Source: Dendrobates tinctorius
Lineage: Eukaryota
Direction of reading: 5' to 3'
Assembly: GCF_039654945.1 (NCBI RefSeq)
Contig: NW_027361758.1
Location: forward strand, 1,116,001 to 1,180,000
Length of the DNA: 64,000 nt
A program made the position numbers and the translations under genes. The notes under the pieces are model-generated. The model was given only the letters and a program-made list of their open reading frames with translations. It had not been told where the DNA came from and ran no database searches. Positions within the stretch are counted from its first letter, which is position 1, and every line of letters begins with the position of its first letter. Of the stretch, positions 40,001 to 52,359 are shown in pieces.

Positions 40001-40828
40001 CTTATAACATATATATTGAAAGTACACGACGGCCGTTACTAAGGAGTTAATAAATGGCACACCTCAATGGGGCATATTTATGAAGCCAAATGTGGAAGAA
40101 AATTGGTATAAAATGCGCCAATAAACTGTCCTTCATGACTTGCAAGATGTAGATGTCACATTGACTGGTACGGAGTTGGTTTCTTCAATAATCATACCCA
40201 ATTGTGAAAGACCTCTCCTATAGCAAACGCCACTTGCAGCCATACAGACTGTTAGCCGCCTGATGTATTTACACACATTAGCCGATATCAACTAAAATGT
40301 GTTAACAAAACGTATGCATGCAAACCTAGCTTTAGATAGAGTACAGTTGCTGCAGTTTCTTGTAATTGTTAATCTGTGCTTCCATCATGATGGGCAACTG
40401 CATTTCATCTCCCTTGAAGAGTACATGTTTCCAAAGCTCCTTTCCAAGCTGTTTTAGGATTGGTGCCAAATAACAAAATAAACATGCTTCCATTTTCAGA
40501 GTTAGTTTCCTTAAATCCATCAAGGAGCCAAAGCACTTCTGGCAACAACTGGAAAAAAAATGGTGTGTCCACAAAAAGAATGGAATGAGCTGGCAGACGG
40601 GTAGAGGAGGCACGCTTTGTTTGATTCAGAATACCAGGTTAACTTTTACTTTAAATGGTGCAAAGCCTTGTTCAATGTAAGAAGAGCTGTTTCAATCCAT
40701 TTATTGCCATTTGAAACAGGAGTTGCCCGCTTTAGGTTGAAGTCACTATAAAATAGGTCATTAAAGGGGAGGTCCAAAATTAACATTGATTTTCTCTGTG
40801 AATGACTACCGGTACTTATTGTAATAAT

Positions 40829-41690
40829 CAGGGCTGAGGGGTCGATAAGCCAAACCACCGACTCCTCAATTTCCCTGACTCCTGTCTCCACAGCACTGCA
40901 TTACCGAGCATGTACATAAAGTGCAGCACAGATTCATCTCAACTAAAGGCCGAGATCCTTAGGCTAGTTTCACATTAGCGTTTTTTTTGCGCAGCGCATC
41001 GGGCGCATAAAAAACGCAAAGAAAAACGCAAAACAAACGCGCGTTTTTTTAACGTCATGCGCACGCTGATGTGTAAAAAAACGCAGCGTTGTTTGCGTTT
41101 TACATGCGTTTTTTGCATGCGTTGGCGTTTTTTATGCGCATGCGTTTTTAAGTGTGACGTTTTTTCCATTGTCTAGAGAACATTCTAGACTTGTTTAACT
41201 CAAACGCATGCGCAAAAAAACGAAAGCGTGCGCAAGACCATGCGCACGCATGCGTTCCCATAGGCTCCAATGTGGTGTTTTTGCGCATTCCGTGCGCAAG
41301 CGTGCGCATGCGTTTTTTTGACGAGACAGGGCGGAACCAAAAATGCAACATGTTGCGTCTGGCGCGCCTGGCGCAAGAGACAAAAAAACGCATGCGCACG
41401 AAAACGCAAGTATGCGCAAGACCATGCGCACGTCATGTTAAGTATAGGTGCGCAGTGCGCATGCGCACGGGTGCGCACGATGCGCTGCGCACAAAAGCGC
41501 TAATGTGAAACCAGCCTTAGATTAGGAACAGAACAGACATTTATAGGACACTTCATAACTTTCACAAATTCTTATGAAAACATTTACATCCTGCATTGTA
41601 CTACTGTACAAATTCTATATATTTTAGTATAGGCGGTCCATTTGATATCGACTGCACCACAATGGACCACAGACAGACTCCACAGCCCTG
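40829..41690 (-). mobile_element. Non-autonomous deletion derivative of the hAT at 9981-12691
   Basis: homologous termini; TSD GTAATAAT/GAAATAAT (7/8). Confidence 0.85.
40962..41516. mobile_element. Harbinger-type MITE
   Basis: TIR GGCTAGTTTCACATTAGCG; TTA TSD. Confidence 0.9.
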
Positions 41691-42173
41691 GAAATAATGT
41701 AAAAAATTTCTTAAAATACTATAATTAAAAGGTCCCCAACGTTCCCTCTGTAATTAACTACCGTAATTTATTTTAACTTTTGCTGCTTTGATAACGCTCC
41801 ATTTTCTGGAATACTCAAACAAATCATCAGGGGGCAGAGGCTGCTGTCACTGTCACAGTATCTGTCCCCAATGACACAAAGTGTCAACAGTGGCATATGT
41901 TTCAGGGGATGGGCTAGACCCTGCTCTCATAAGCATGTATCAGTTGTCAATTCCAACATATGTTCAGAAGCCCCCTTCTTGCTGTTGAACATTGTTTGCA
42001 GGCACGGTGACCATGCACTCGCCTCCTCTAATTAGAAGTAATGAACCAGCAAGAGAGAGCACTGGCAGTATGCATTGTAAGGAAAGAACATGGCAAGCAG
42101 GGACCAGCTCCGACCCGAATGTGAAGCCGTTTCGGCTGCAGGACTTGTTTCTCTTCGCCACCTTCTTTCCTTA

Positions 42174-42545
42174 GGGTACCGTTACACTTAGCGATGCACC
42201 AGCGATCCCGACAACGATATGGATGGCTGGTGCATCGCTAAGTGGTCGCTAGTGAGCTGCCACACAGACAGATCTCACCAGCGACATAGCAGGGGTCGGG
42301 GGTCGCTACTTACCTGTCAGACGAGGCGATCCTGACGTCCTCCCACCCACGTCCACGCGTCGCTCGTCGGCGCCACAGGAAGCGCCCGACAAGAAATGGT
42401 CCAGGACGTTCTCGCACGACCACCGATGAGCAGCGGGGGAGCCGGTCGGAGGCAAGTATCAGACATAGCAATATCGCTGCTACGTCACAAAATCGGTGAC
42501 GTTACAGCGATATTGCTAGCGATATCACAGTGTGTAACAGGGGCT
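42174..42545. mobile_element. Harbinger-type MITE
   Basis: TTA TSD; GTTACAC / GTGTAAC termini. Confidence 0.75.
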
Positions 42546-44004
42546 TTACAATGAGCACTGACAGTTGACTCTCTTGCCGACTTGTCACTTCTCAAAAGGT
42601 AAAGCATTGCAGATATCACGAACAGTAAAATAGCAGAAGATCATGTAATGTGAGCGCTACTTTCATAGGACCAATGGCAAAGAAAGAATAGTCAATTAAA
42701 TGAAAAGATATATTAGGCATCTAAAAGAAACATACATAATCATCTATATGAATGTAGGACAACATCGGATTAGTGTCATCTCACTATTGCCCACAAAATT
42801 TTAGTCTGGGAGGAAAGAAATTCATTGTGCTACTCCCCCACCCAAAAAGAAGGGGGGGGATTAATCTCAATGACCCATACATTCCGGTTTCCTAGTTTCT
42901 CATTAAAAAAAAAAAAAAAGATTTGCTTGGAAAATTAAGATTACAAATCCAGCCTCAAGTTTCAATTGAAAAAAACTTTACTGGAATTAGCAACACAACT
43001 GATCTGTTAGATCTGTAGGGGTCTGACTCTTATCCGTCTCACTGATCAACTGTTTGAAGTGTCCCCATCATTGTTAACATAGGTCTGTACGGCACTTGTC
43101 ACAAATGGTAGAAAAGTACACTAATAAGCTCCGAAGAACTCTTCCAATAGCCGATTCCTGGGATGGAAAATGTCGCACGCCGCCCCCACTAATCTAATAT
43201 TAATGCATATTCTAAAGACAGAACATTGATTTGAAGAAATTTATAAGCCATTTCATTTACTTACCTAGCTTAGTGTGTGAAAAGGGCACAACTCTATGCC
43301 ATATCCTTATACAGTCAGGACTGGCTTTCTCGAGTTCAGAATGACAAGAATTTTCACTACATGATCTTTAGATTATTGAACACACATTAACTATAATTTA
43401 CAAGGAAGCTTATTTTCTCACACAGTTTAAACATCTGTTATCCAGTGAAATGAATGGGGAGCTTAAAGAGTCTGCTGTTCCTCAGCTTGGACTATTGTAT
43501 GTGCATTTTATAGTGTATGTTAGTGGATTGGCAAGTCTATGAGTGTTAATATGAGGTTGCAGAACTCGTGAGCTATAACAGACCTCAAAATGGAATTTAT
43601 TCTCTCTCTCTTCCAACCTCCATTCGTGTTCTGCCTTCAGCAGAGACGGCTCTCTCGTCATGTGCTCGGAGTGTGAAATGCTACGATGTCTATAACACCA
43701 ATATAAACTGTTCCACTTCCCGATCTGCCAAGCTGTCACTGATAGCTATAAATATCCTGGAAATATTCATTCACTGGGATGGTACCTGCAGAAAGACCCA
43801 AATACCTGGTAATGTCACCATCTATTCCATCCTCAACCTTATTCACATATACATTCGGTGCTTCTGTTCATTGGTCTCATTCTGTTCAAGTCTTCAAGTT
43901 CTTTTAACCTTCATTAATGCTAAGGAGATCGGTTATGGTTCATAAAGTTGGTTTTCTGATACTTAGCTCTTAAAGCAAGTTTAGTGTCCAATTATATGTA
44001 TTTA

Positions 44005-45423
44005 CAGTGGGGGAAATAAGTATTTGATCCCTTGCTGATTTTGTAAGTTTGCCCATTGCCAGACATNNNNNNNNNNNNNNNNNNNNNNNNNNNNNNNNNN
44101 NNNNNNNNNNNNNNNNNNNNNNNNNNNNNNNNNNNNNNNNNNNNNNNNNNNNNNNNNNNNNNNNNNNNNNNNNNNNNNNNNNNNNNNNNNNNNNNNNNNN
44201 NNNNNNNNNNNNNNNNNNNNNNNNNNNNATATAAATTTGCATTTTGCAGTGAGAAATAAGTATTTGAACCCCTACCAACCATTATGAGTTCTGGCTCCTA
44301 CAGACCAGTTAGATGCTCCTAATCAACTCACTACCTGCATTAAAGACAGCTGGGTAGTGGCTGGGTCTTCCCACAAGACAATGACCCAAAACAAAGCCAA
44401 GGCAACAAAGAAGTGGCTCAAAAAGAAGCACATTAAAGGGGTTGTCCGGGCTTTTCACATAATCTCAGTGCATATCTGGGCTGCAGAATGCTGACAATAA
44501 TTAATTTATTCTTCTGTGGCCAGTTTGCAGGGTTTCCAAGATATGATCTCTTGCTTGTAAGAAAAACATCCAGGGGGGGGGGGGGGGGGTGTTCTGGCAT
44601 TGAAATGAGAACTGGTTGTTTCCTTCTACTCTACTAAAAACATGCCCTCTATAGCAACAACCCCACCCTCCATAGCAACAGGCCCTCCCCGACCACATGA
44701 AGCAGCCTATCCCTCCTCACACAGTAACAAATCCTCCCCCTCTAGCAGCCTCAGTGCAGAGAGCAGACCACCCAGCTGCTCCTCCCCCAGACACACGCTG
44801 AACACTGATCTATGGAAAGTGAAACTATTGAGGAGGAAACGACCAGTTCTCATTTCAATGCCAGAACACACACCCCCTGGACGTTTTTCTTACAAGCAAG
44901 AGATCATATCTTGGAAACGCTGCAAACTGGCCACAGAAGGTAAATTATTTGTCAGCATTCTGCAGCCCAGATATGCACTGAGATTATGTTAACAGCCCGG
45001 ACAACCCCTTTAAGGGCAAGGAGTGGCCTAGCCAGTCTCTAGACCTTAATCCCATAGAAAACTTATGGAGGGAGTTGAAGCTCCAAGTTAATGATTTAGA
45101 GATGATTTGCAGAGAGGAGCGGACGAAATTTCCTCCTGACATGTGAGCAAACCTCATCATCAACTACAAATAAGTCTTACTGCTGTGCTTGCCAACAATG
45201 GTTTCGCCACCAAATATTAAGTCTTGTTTGCCAGAGGGATCAAATACGTATTTCTCACTGCAAAATGCAAATAAATTTATACAATGTGATTTTCTGGATT
45301 TTATTTTTTATATTCTCTCAATGTTAAAATTTACCTACCCTTAAAATTATAGACTGTTCATGTCTTTGTCAGTGGGCAAAGTTACAAAATTAGCAAGGGA
45401 TTAAATACTTATTTACCCCACTG
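44005..45423 (+). mobile_element. Internally deleted Tc1-like element
   Basis: TA|CAGTGGGG..CCCCACTG|TA; remnants QDNDPK and [19 protein letters not shown]. Confidence 0.88.
44437..45009. mobile_element. Kolobok/T2-type MITE with ~200-bp inverted arms
   Basis: TTAA|AGGGGTTGTCCGGGC ... GCCCGGACAACCCCT|TTAA. Confidence 0.92.
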
Positions 45424-46288
45424 TATGAGCGGATGATGAAGTCTGTTTTTGATGCCTCCAATTTATGCCTTGAAAAATCAGCCAATTGTTATCTGTTATA
45501 GTTTGTTATTGTGCAAATATCCTCTTCACAGTGGAAGTGAACAGGGTCTTCAGTGTCACATAAAGGAAGTATTAATTCTAAAAATCAATATTGACCCTTA
45601 AAGAGCCTTGACACACGACTTAAGACATACAACCAAACTAGAACCTCGATTTGCAGATCCGTGTTTGAGGGTTTTTACCTCTCATAAGTGCAAATCAGTG
45701 GAACTGGTTGGCTGAGTACTTTGACACTGGTGGAAAAGGTAAAGATTCTCCTTGTGGAGAGTGCGACATTGGATTATGGAGACCTATAGGCCAGACAACA
45801 CTCCCGAGAAATTAGATTCTCTTCCCTTGTGAAGAGGCTACTTGCACACTTAATTTCCATGGAGAGCATTATATGGCCCTTGAGTCTCCCTATGCCAACG
45901 TGGTATTAACAGAGCAGGTTGATGGGGAAGAAGGAAGCAAAGCCTTGCATTGGAGACAGTAAAAGCGAGTAACAGTAAATCGACTGTATGCTTCCCATAC
46001 GAGGCATGCAGAGTTATATATTATCTACTCGTATATCCATCTCTCAACACTCAAAAGGGAATGCCAATAAATGCATACAGGCAGGGGAGGAAAAATATTA
46101 ACATGGAGCAGAATTCCAGCCTCTTGGTTCCGTCCTCCACAACAGTCATGGTCTCATTTGGACCCTCGTAAAAATGAATTGCCCACCCCTGACTTGCTAC
46201 TTCTAATAGATGATTCAGGATAGGAAAAATGTGGTCAGACAATCCGCGCTGCGAATCACTAAAAACTCGGATTATTAATGCAGTGGTC

Positions 46289-46338
46289 TTTATTCTACGC
46301 GTTTCAGAGTCTCACAGAACTCCTTCCTCAGGAAAAAA
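46289..46338 (-). ncRNA. Minimal type I hammerhead ribozyme motif
   Basis: minus strand TTTTC-CTGAGGA-aGGAGTtctgtgagACTCT-GAAAC-GC-GTA^GAATAAA: intact core, 5-bp stem II, ACGCGT palindromic stem III. Confidence 0.8.
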
Positions 46339-48980
46339 AACACCATTTTGCTATTTCTCTTTTACAGCAATCTTAGTACTTCTAATAGAGGTCACTAGAG
46401 ATCCTGTTCTCTTCCTCAGTAAAAAGGATTGTTTGCATATTTTTGCAACCAAAAATACCCGTTAAGGGAAATTGGAAATAAAATATTTGAGTAGATTTTT
46501 AATGCATTGCTATAAAATCAGTAAGCCATGTTCTACTGGTAGCAATCTAGGTTTGTCAAAGAAATGTCAATCTATTCATTGTATCACAGATCTGCGAATT
46601 TCATAGTCCGTCTTTTAAAATGGATCAATACTCCAACTATGACCCCATTATCAAGACTACAAAAAGCACAATCCAACAGCCAAAGTATCGCATTTCGGAA
46701 GAAGATTCTGTTTTCATTGTGCAGAATGTAAGAACTGAATTCCCCATGTACAATAAAATTAGAATGCTTTAAATTCACCAACGCTCGTTTTCGGAGTTGC
46801 TTACACCTCATAAATGGGTCACAGAACATTTGTGCCTTATGGCAGAATTCGGAGCGGATGTATCTAATGAAATAGCACATTCTTCATTAAAACAGGGTCT
46901 GTGTATTCGCTGCTAGATATGAAATACACTGCGCACATTGTGCCGCTGCTCATCTCCTTGACCCTTGGCGTCTTTTCTTACTGTATCAGTAGGCTCCTTT
47001 TATCCTCCGCCTCATTAAATGGAAAACTTCTTGTGTGACCTGAATTCAGATTTGGGAGATGAGCGCACAAGAATTCACAGCTCCCTGCTTGCTCTAGGTC
47101 TGGCTTCAAAGTGAATCTTTCTCCTGCCACAGATATCAGAGCCTCTGACTTAACTCCTTCAGTGACACCAACAGCTAGAAAAGTAGCTTCATCTAGTAGT
47201 GGTGCATGAATAAACAATTGCAAAAATATTTAAAGCTCATTTTGTGTCCCAATTACTAGAGAAGGAAAGGAAATGTTGTGCCTAGATAGGTAAAATACGA
47301 GTATTTTAAAGCACGATTTTTTTTTCTAGTTAGTGGTTTCATTAGTTGCTCCATTTATGTCCAAAGTTAATTTGTAACTGAATCAAAACCAGAGCTTTTA
47401 TTTTGTGGCGTGCGGTAAGACTACAACTACAGCTTCCCCATTTAATGTTGACTTATGGTCAGCAAAAGTATCAAGCACATACGGTAATCACATTTGTATT
47501 TTACCATCATGACATCGGATTTTCAGGCAGCAACAAGAGCCCGTGCTGCGACCTGGCAATCCGGCCAATAAAGCTGCTGTTGATAGATCTGTTATTATAT
47601 GTAAGGCACTTTAATCACTTACACCATGTACTTGCTTTAAAAGAAAGATGTATTAGTAAAAACCACGTATAGTTTAAAGAAATGTAAAAAAAAAAAACAA
47701 AAACAAAAAAAAAAAAAAACACACAACACACACACACCACAACAACAACCTGTTTAACAACTTTTTATCTGCTTATTAAAGTTGATAGCTTTTACCCCCA
47801 TTCCTGACAGGCACATTTTAATTTTTTTTTTTCCATACATGCAATTTAACCCCTTCATGACCTGGTCATTTTTTTGCAATTCTGACCAGTGTCCCTTTAT
47901 GAGGTAATAACTCAGGAACGCTTTAACGCACCCTAGCGATTCTGAGATTGTTTTTTCGTGACATATTGGGCTTCATGCTAGTGGTAAATTTAGGTCAATA
48001 ATTTTTACGTTTATTTGTGTGGAAAAAAAAAAAAGAAACGGAAATTTGGTGAAAATTTCGCAGTTTTCAAATTTTGAATTTTTATTCTGTTAAACCAGAG
48101 AGTTATGTTAAATAGTTAATAAATAACATTTCCCACATGTCTACTTTACATCAGCACAATCTTGGAAACAAAATTTTTTTTGTTAGGAAGTTATAAGGGT
48201 TAAAAGTTGACCAGCGATTTTTACAACAAAATTTACAAAACCATTTTTTTTTTTTTTTTTTTTTTAGGGACCACCTCACATTTGAAGTCAGTTTGAGGGG
48301 TCTATATGGCTGAAAATACCCAAAGGTGACACCATTCTAAAAACTGCACCCCTCAAGCTGATCAAAACCACATTCAAGAAGTTTATTAATCCTTCAGGTG
48401 TTTCACAGCAGCAGAAGCAACATGGAAGGAAAAAAAAAAAAAAAAAAATGAACATTTACTTTTTAGTCACAAAAATGATCTTTTTGTAACAATTTTTTTT
48501 TATTTTCCCAAGGGTAAAAGGGTGGGGGGGGAACCACTGTTTGGGCGCACGGCAAGACTCGGAAGGGAAGGAGCGCCATTTGACTTTTTGAAAGGAAAAT
48601 TAGCTCCAATCGTTAGCGGACACCATGTCGTGTTTGGAGAGCCCCTGTGTGCCTAAACGTTGGAGCTCCCCCACAAACTACTCCATTTTGGAAACTAGAC
48701 CCCCTAAGGAACTTATCTAGATGCATAGTGAGCACTTGGAACGCCCAGGTGCTTTACAAATTGATCTGTAAAAATGAAAAAGTACCTTTTTTTTTTTTGT
48801 TTCACAAAAATTTTCTTTTAGCCTCAATTTTTTCATTTTCACATGGGCAACAGGATAAAATGGATCCTAACATTTGTTGGGCAATTTCTCCTGAGTACAC
48901 CGATACCTCATATGTGGTCCTAAACTACTGTTTGGGCGCATGGTAGGGCTCAGAAGGGAAGGAGCGCCATTTGACTTTTA

Positions 48981-49323
48981 GGCTATGTGCACACGCTGCG
49001 GTTTTTGCTGCGGATCCACTGCAGAACTGCAGCAGTTCTGCAGACAGTGTACAGTACAATGTAAGTCTATGTGATTTACATTCTGCTGTGCACATGCTGT
49101 GGATTTTCAACTGCGGAAAAGCTGCGGTTTTGAATCCGCAGAAAGAATTGACTTGTCAATTCTTTCTGCGGATTCTGCTGCGGTTTACCACCTATTCCAT
49201 TGTCCAGGTGTCAAACCACAGGGGAAAACCGCTGGCCAATCCACAGGTCATTTTACCTGCAGTTTTACCTGCGGATCCGCAGATACAAATCCGCGGGCGA
49301 ATTCGCAGAGTGTGCACATAGCC
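48981..49323. mobile_element. Harbinger-type MITE
   Basis: TIR GGCTATGTGCACAC; TTA TSD. Confidence 0.9.
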
Positions 49324-49452
49324 TTAGAATGGAAAATTAGCTCCAATCGTTAGCTGACACCATGTCTCGTATGGAGAGCCCCTGTGTGCCTAAACATTGG
49401 AGCTCCCCTACAAGTGACCTCATTTTGGAAACTAGACCCCCCCAAGGAACTT

Positions 49453-50062
49453 GAGAAAACAAAAAGCAAAAAACACAAATATCCTAAAATGAAAAAGTAA
49501 ATTGCAAATAATGAATAAAGGTAATAGTATTTAGTAAACATAATTTTGATCAAAATAATGTACAAGCTATCCCGCCACATCAAGGCAACCCTTGTGGGAC
49601 AGTCCTAACTCTACCATTTAAAACCTTTTCACTTGACAAGTGACGTGAATGTGAACAAGGATCGAGGGACTGAACCACTAGTAAAAGCATAGTCCAGACA
49701 GGATGGATTTCCCAGATCAGAAAGAGGGCAGTCACACCCATACATGCACAGAATGCACAATGAAATTAAATGAAATTAAATGAATAAAAAAAACAGGAGT
49801 CTGAACTGAGAAAGTAAGTTAATGTGTATGCACAATGTAAGTGCATATTAACACATGACCATTAACCAGAGAAAACAAAAAATCCTAAAATAAAAAAGTA
49901 AACTGCAAGTAATGCATAAAGGTAATATTATTATTATTATTAATAATAATAGTAGTATTTAGTAAACATAGCTTTCTCTGGTTAATGGTCATGTGTTAAT
50001 ATGCACTTACATAGTGCATACGCATTAACTTACTTTCTCAGTTCAGACTCCAGTTTTTTATT
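49453..50062 (-). mobile_element. Insertion with 16-bp TSD, internal direct repeat and terminal fold-back; probable Penelope-like fragment
   Basis: CCCCCCCAAGGAACTT at 49437-49452 and 50063-50078; inverted arms 49783-49874 / 49973-50062. Confidence 0.7.
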
Positions 50063-50821
50063 CCCCCCCAAGGAACTTATCTAGATGTGTGGTGAGCACT
50101 CTGAACCCGCAAGTGCTTCACAGAAGTTTATAACGCAGAGCCGTGAAAATAAAAAATCATTTTTTCCCCCCTCAAAAAATTATTTTTTTAGCCCACACTT
50201 TTTATTTTCACAAGGGTAAAAAATAGAAAAAAAAATAAAGCCCCCGTTTATCACCCCCCATAGGTAGGAAAAAATAATAAAATAAAGATTTATTTTTCGG
50301 TTTGGGTTAGGATTAGGGTTGAGTTAGAATTGAGGGGTTTCCAAACACATTAGGGGGTCTCCAAACGCGACATGGCGCCACCATTGATTCCATCCAATTT
50401 TGCGTTCAAAAAGTCAAACAGTGCTCCCTCCATTCCGAGCCCCAACATGTGCCCAAAACAGTGGTTTACCCCAACATATGGGGTATTAGCGTACTCAGGA
50501 AAAATTGCACAACAACTTTGGGGGTCTAATTTTTCCTGTTATCCTTGGGAAAATACAAAATTGGGGGTTAAAAAAAAAAAGAAAAAAAAAATTGTGTGGA
50601 AATTTTTTATTTTTTTATTTTCACAGCTCTGCGTTATAAACTTCTGTGAAGCACTTGGGGATTCAAAATGCTCACCACACATCTAGATGAGTTCCTTGGG
50701 GGGGGGGGGGGTCTAGTTTCCAAAATGGGGTCACTTGTGGGGGGGTTTCTACTGTTTAGGCACATCAGGGGACAAACTATCACACTGATAGGATTAAACA
50801 AAGTGATCAAAATGTACCTGA

Positions 50822-50856
50822 AATGAATGAATGAATGAATGAATGAATGAATGAAT
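50822..50856. repeat. (AATG)n microsatellite
   Basis: tetranucleotide run. Confidence 0.95.
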
Positions 50857-52359
50857 CTGCGACCGGTAGAGTCGGCATGCGCCCGCCATTTTGGAAGATA
50901 GCGGCGCCCATAAAAGGATTCGGGAGGGACACAGGGGGTACCGGGCTGGGGGAAATCGGAAGGCGGGGGAGCGGAGGGCAGGGGAGGGGGAGCAAATACT
51001 GACGGTGGCGGCAGGTCGCTGCCGTCAGTCATGAGGGGGGTTCAGATCGAGGTCTCCAGCCATGGCCGATGATATTGCAGCATCGGCCAGGGCTGTATAG
51101 TAATATTTCACCAAATTTCATTAGTGAAATATTACAATCGCTCTAATTTGGCCGTTTCACTTTTAATAGCCAATCAGAGCGATCGTAGCCATGGAAGGGC
51201 TAAGCCACCTCCCCCGGAGTGAAGGACAAAGGGTCCTGTACCTGTGGGTCGAGTGACCTTTCAGTGACCCCAGTCACCTGACCCGCAGAAGGGCGATTAA
51301 GTCATGATGCCACATAGGCGTCATAGGTCGGATTGGCATGACTTTTCATGAGCCTACATGGCATCAGAGGTCGGGAAGTGGTTAAAAAGAGCTAAAAAAC
51401 AAAACAAAACCCTAACGTGTGAATGAGGTTTATCACTAGTGATTTACATAGCAATTGTAAGCCATGCCCTGGAGAGGGTCAAACACAGCTTATTCTAACA
51501 TTTTCAAGCTTCTGTGCAGCCGATCAGATCTAAATTCTGCAGAACTCTTAAATCACTGGCGCCCTGTCACTGTCGAAAGTGACGGGAAGCTCACATGATG
51601 GTTATCTGACATGTTTTGTATTTTACAATCATGCATCTTTTTCTTGAGAACGGATAAGTAACTGCCTACTATCAGGGAAAAGCAGACAACCGAGACAATA
51701 CCAAACAAAGGTACAACCAATAGATTCGGTTAGTCTCAAATACCTAAATTCTGCGTATCCCGCAAGTGTTTCACAGTTGCTCATTCCTGCTGGATAGCAA
51801 TTTTCCTTCTACCACTATTGGATTTACATCGGGTTATTGTGATGTCCACAGGACTATATTAATTGAATGCATGAAAAAAAAAAAAAAATGCAGTAGAAAA
51901 TTCAACACATTGCAATTATTACAACACTTGTGTGGCAGGACACTGCAGGGCACAAGGCAACAACACAGAAAATCAAAGTGTTCTGCAACGCGTCACCAAG
52001 TTGCCTTAGCCCAAATCAGGGTTCCTTCATTTTGTAATATTTGGTTTTCCAAAAGCGTTCGCAGTAATTCAAATTAAAAGAAAACTTGTAATAACAAACT
52101 ATGATAGATATATAGCTGTTAAAGCTAATGATGCATGAATTTGCAGCATTGAATGTAATTATTGACACGTTGCGACCTGTGACTGCAACAGAGTTGCATG
52201 AGTTTCCAAGTATGTTGGATTTTCTGCCGCTGGTTGTAACGTTACATACAACTCACTTGCCATAGACTTCAAAGCAAGTTGCATGCTTAAGTGTGTGCAT
52301 AAGATTTCTGAAATCTCATAGCTTTTGCCGGTACTGTAAAAGGCAGCATTTACCATATA

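Larger units (their letters stand above)
47850..51381. mobile_element. Large non-autonomous piggyBac-like element related to 2888-8387
   Basis: TTAA|CCCCTTC ... GAAGTGG|TTAA; shares the subterminal sequence and satellite unit. Confidence 0.75.

Noticed and set aside
40975-41508. Clusters of Cys/Ala/Arg-rich short ORFs
   Set aside because: Translations of low-complexity palindromic MITE sequence
43255-43270. Consensus minus-strand splice donor (AG|GTAAGT) as a candidate CAMKK2 non-coding exon
   Set aside because: No transcript evidence; such motifs occur by chance
47500-47600. CCAAT-containing unique sequence as a candidate promoter
   Set aside because: No CpG island or other support; cannot be assigned from sequence alone
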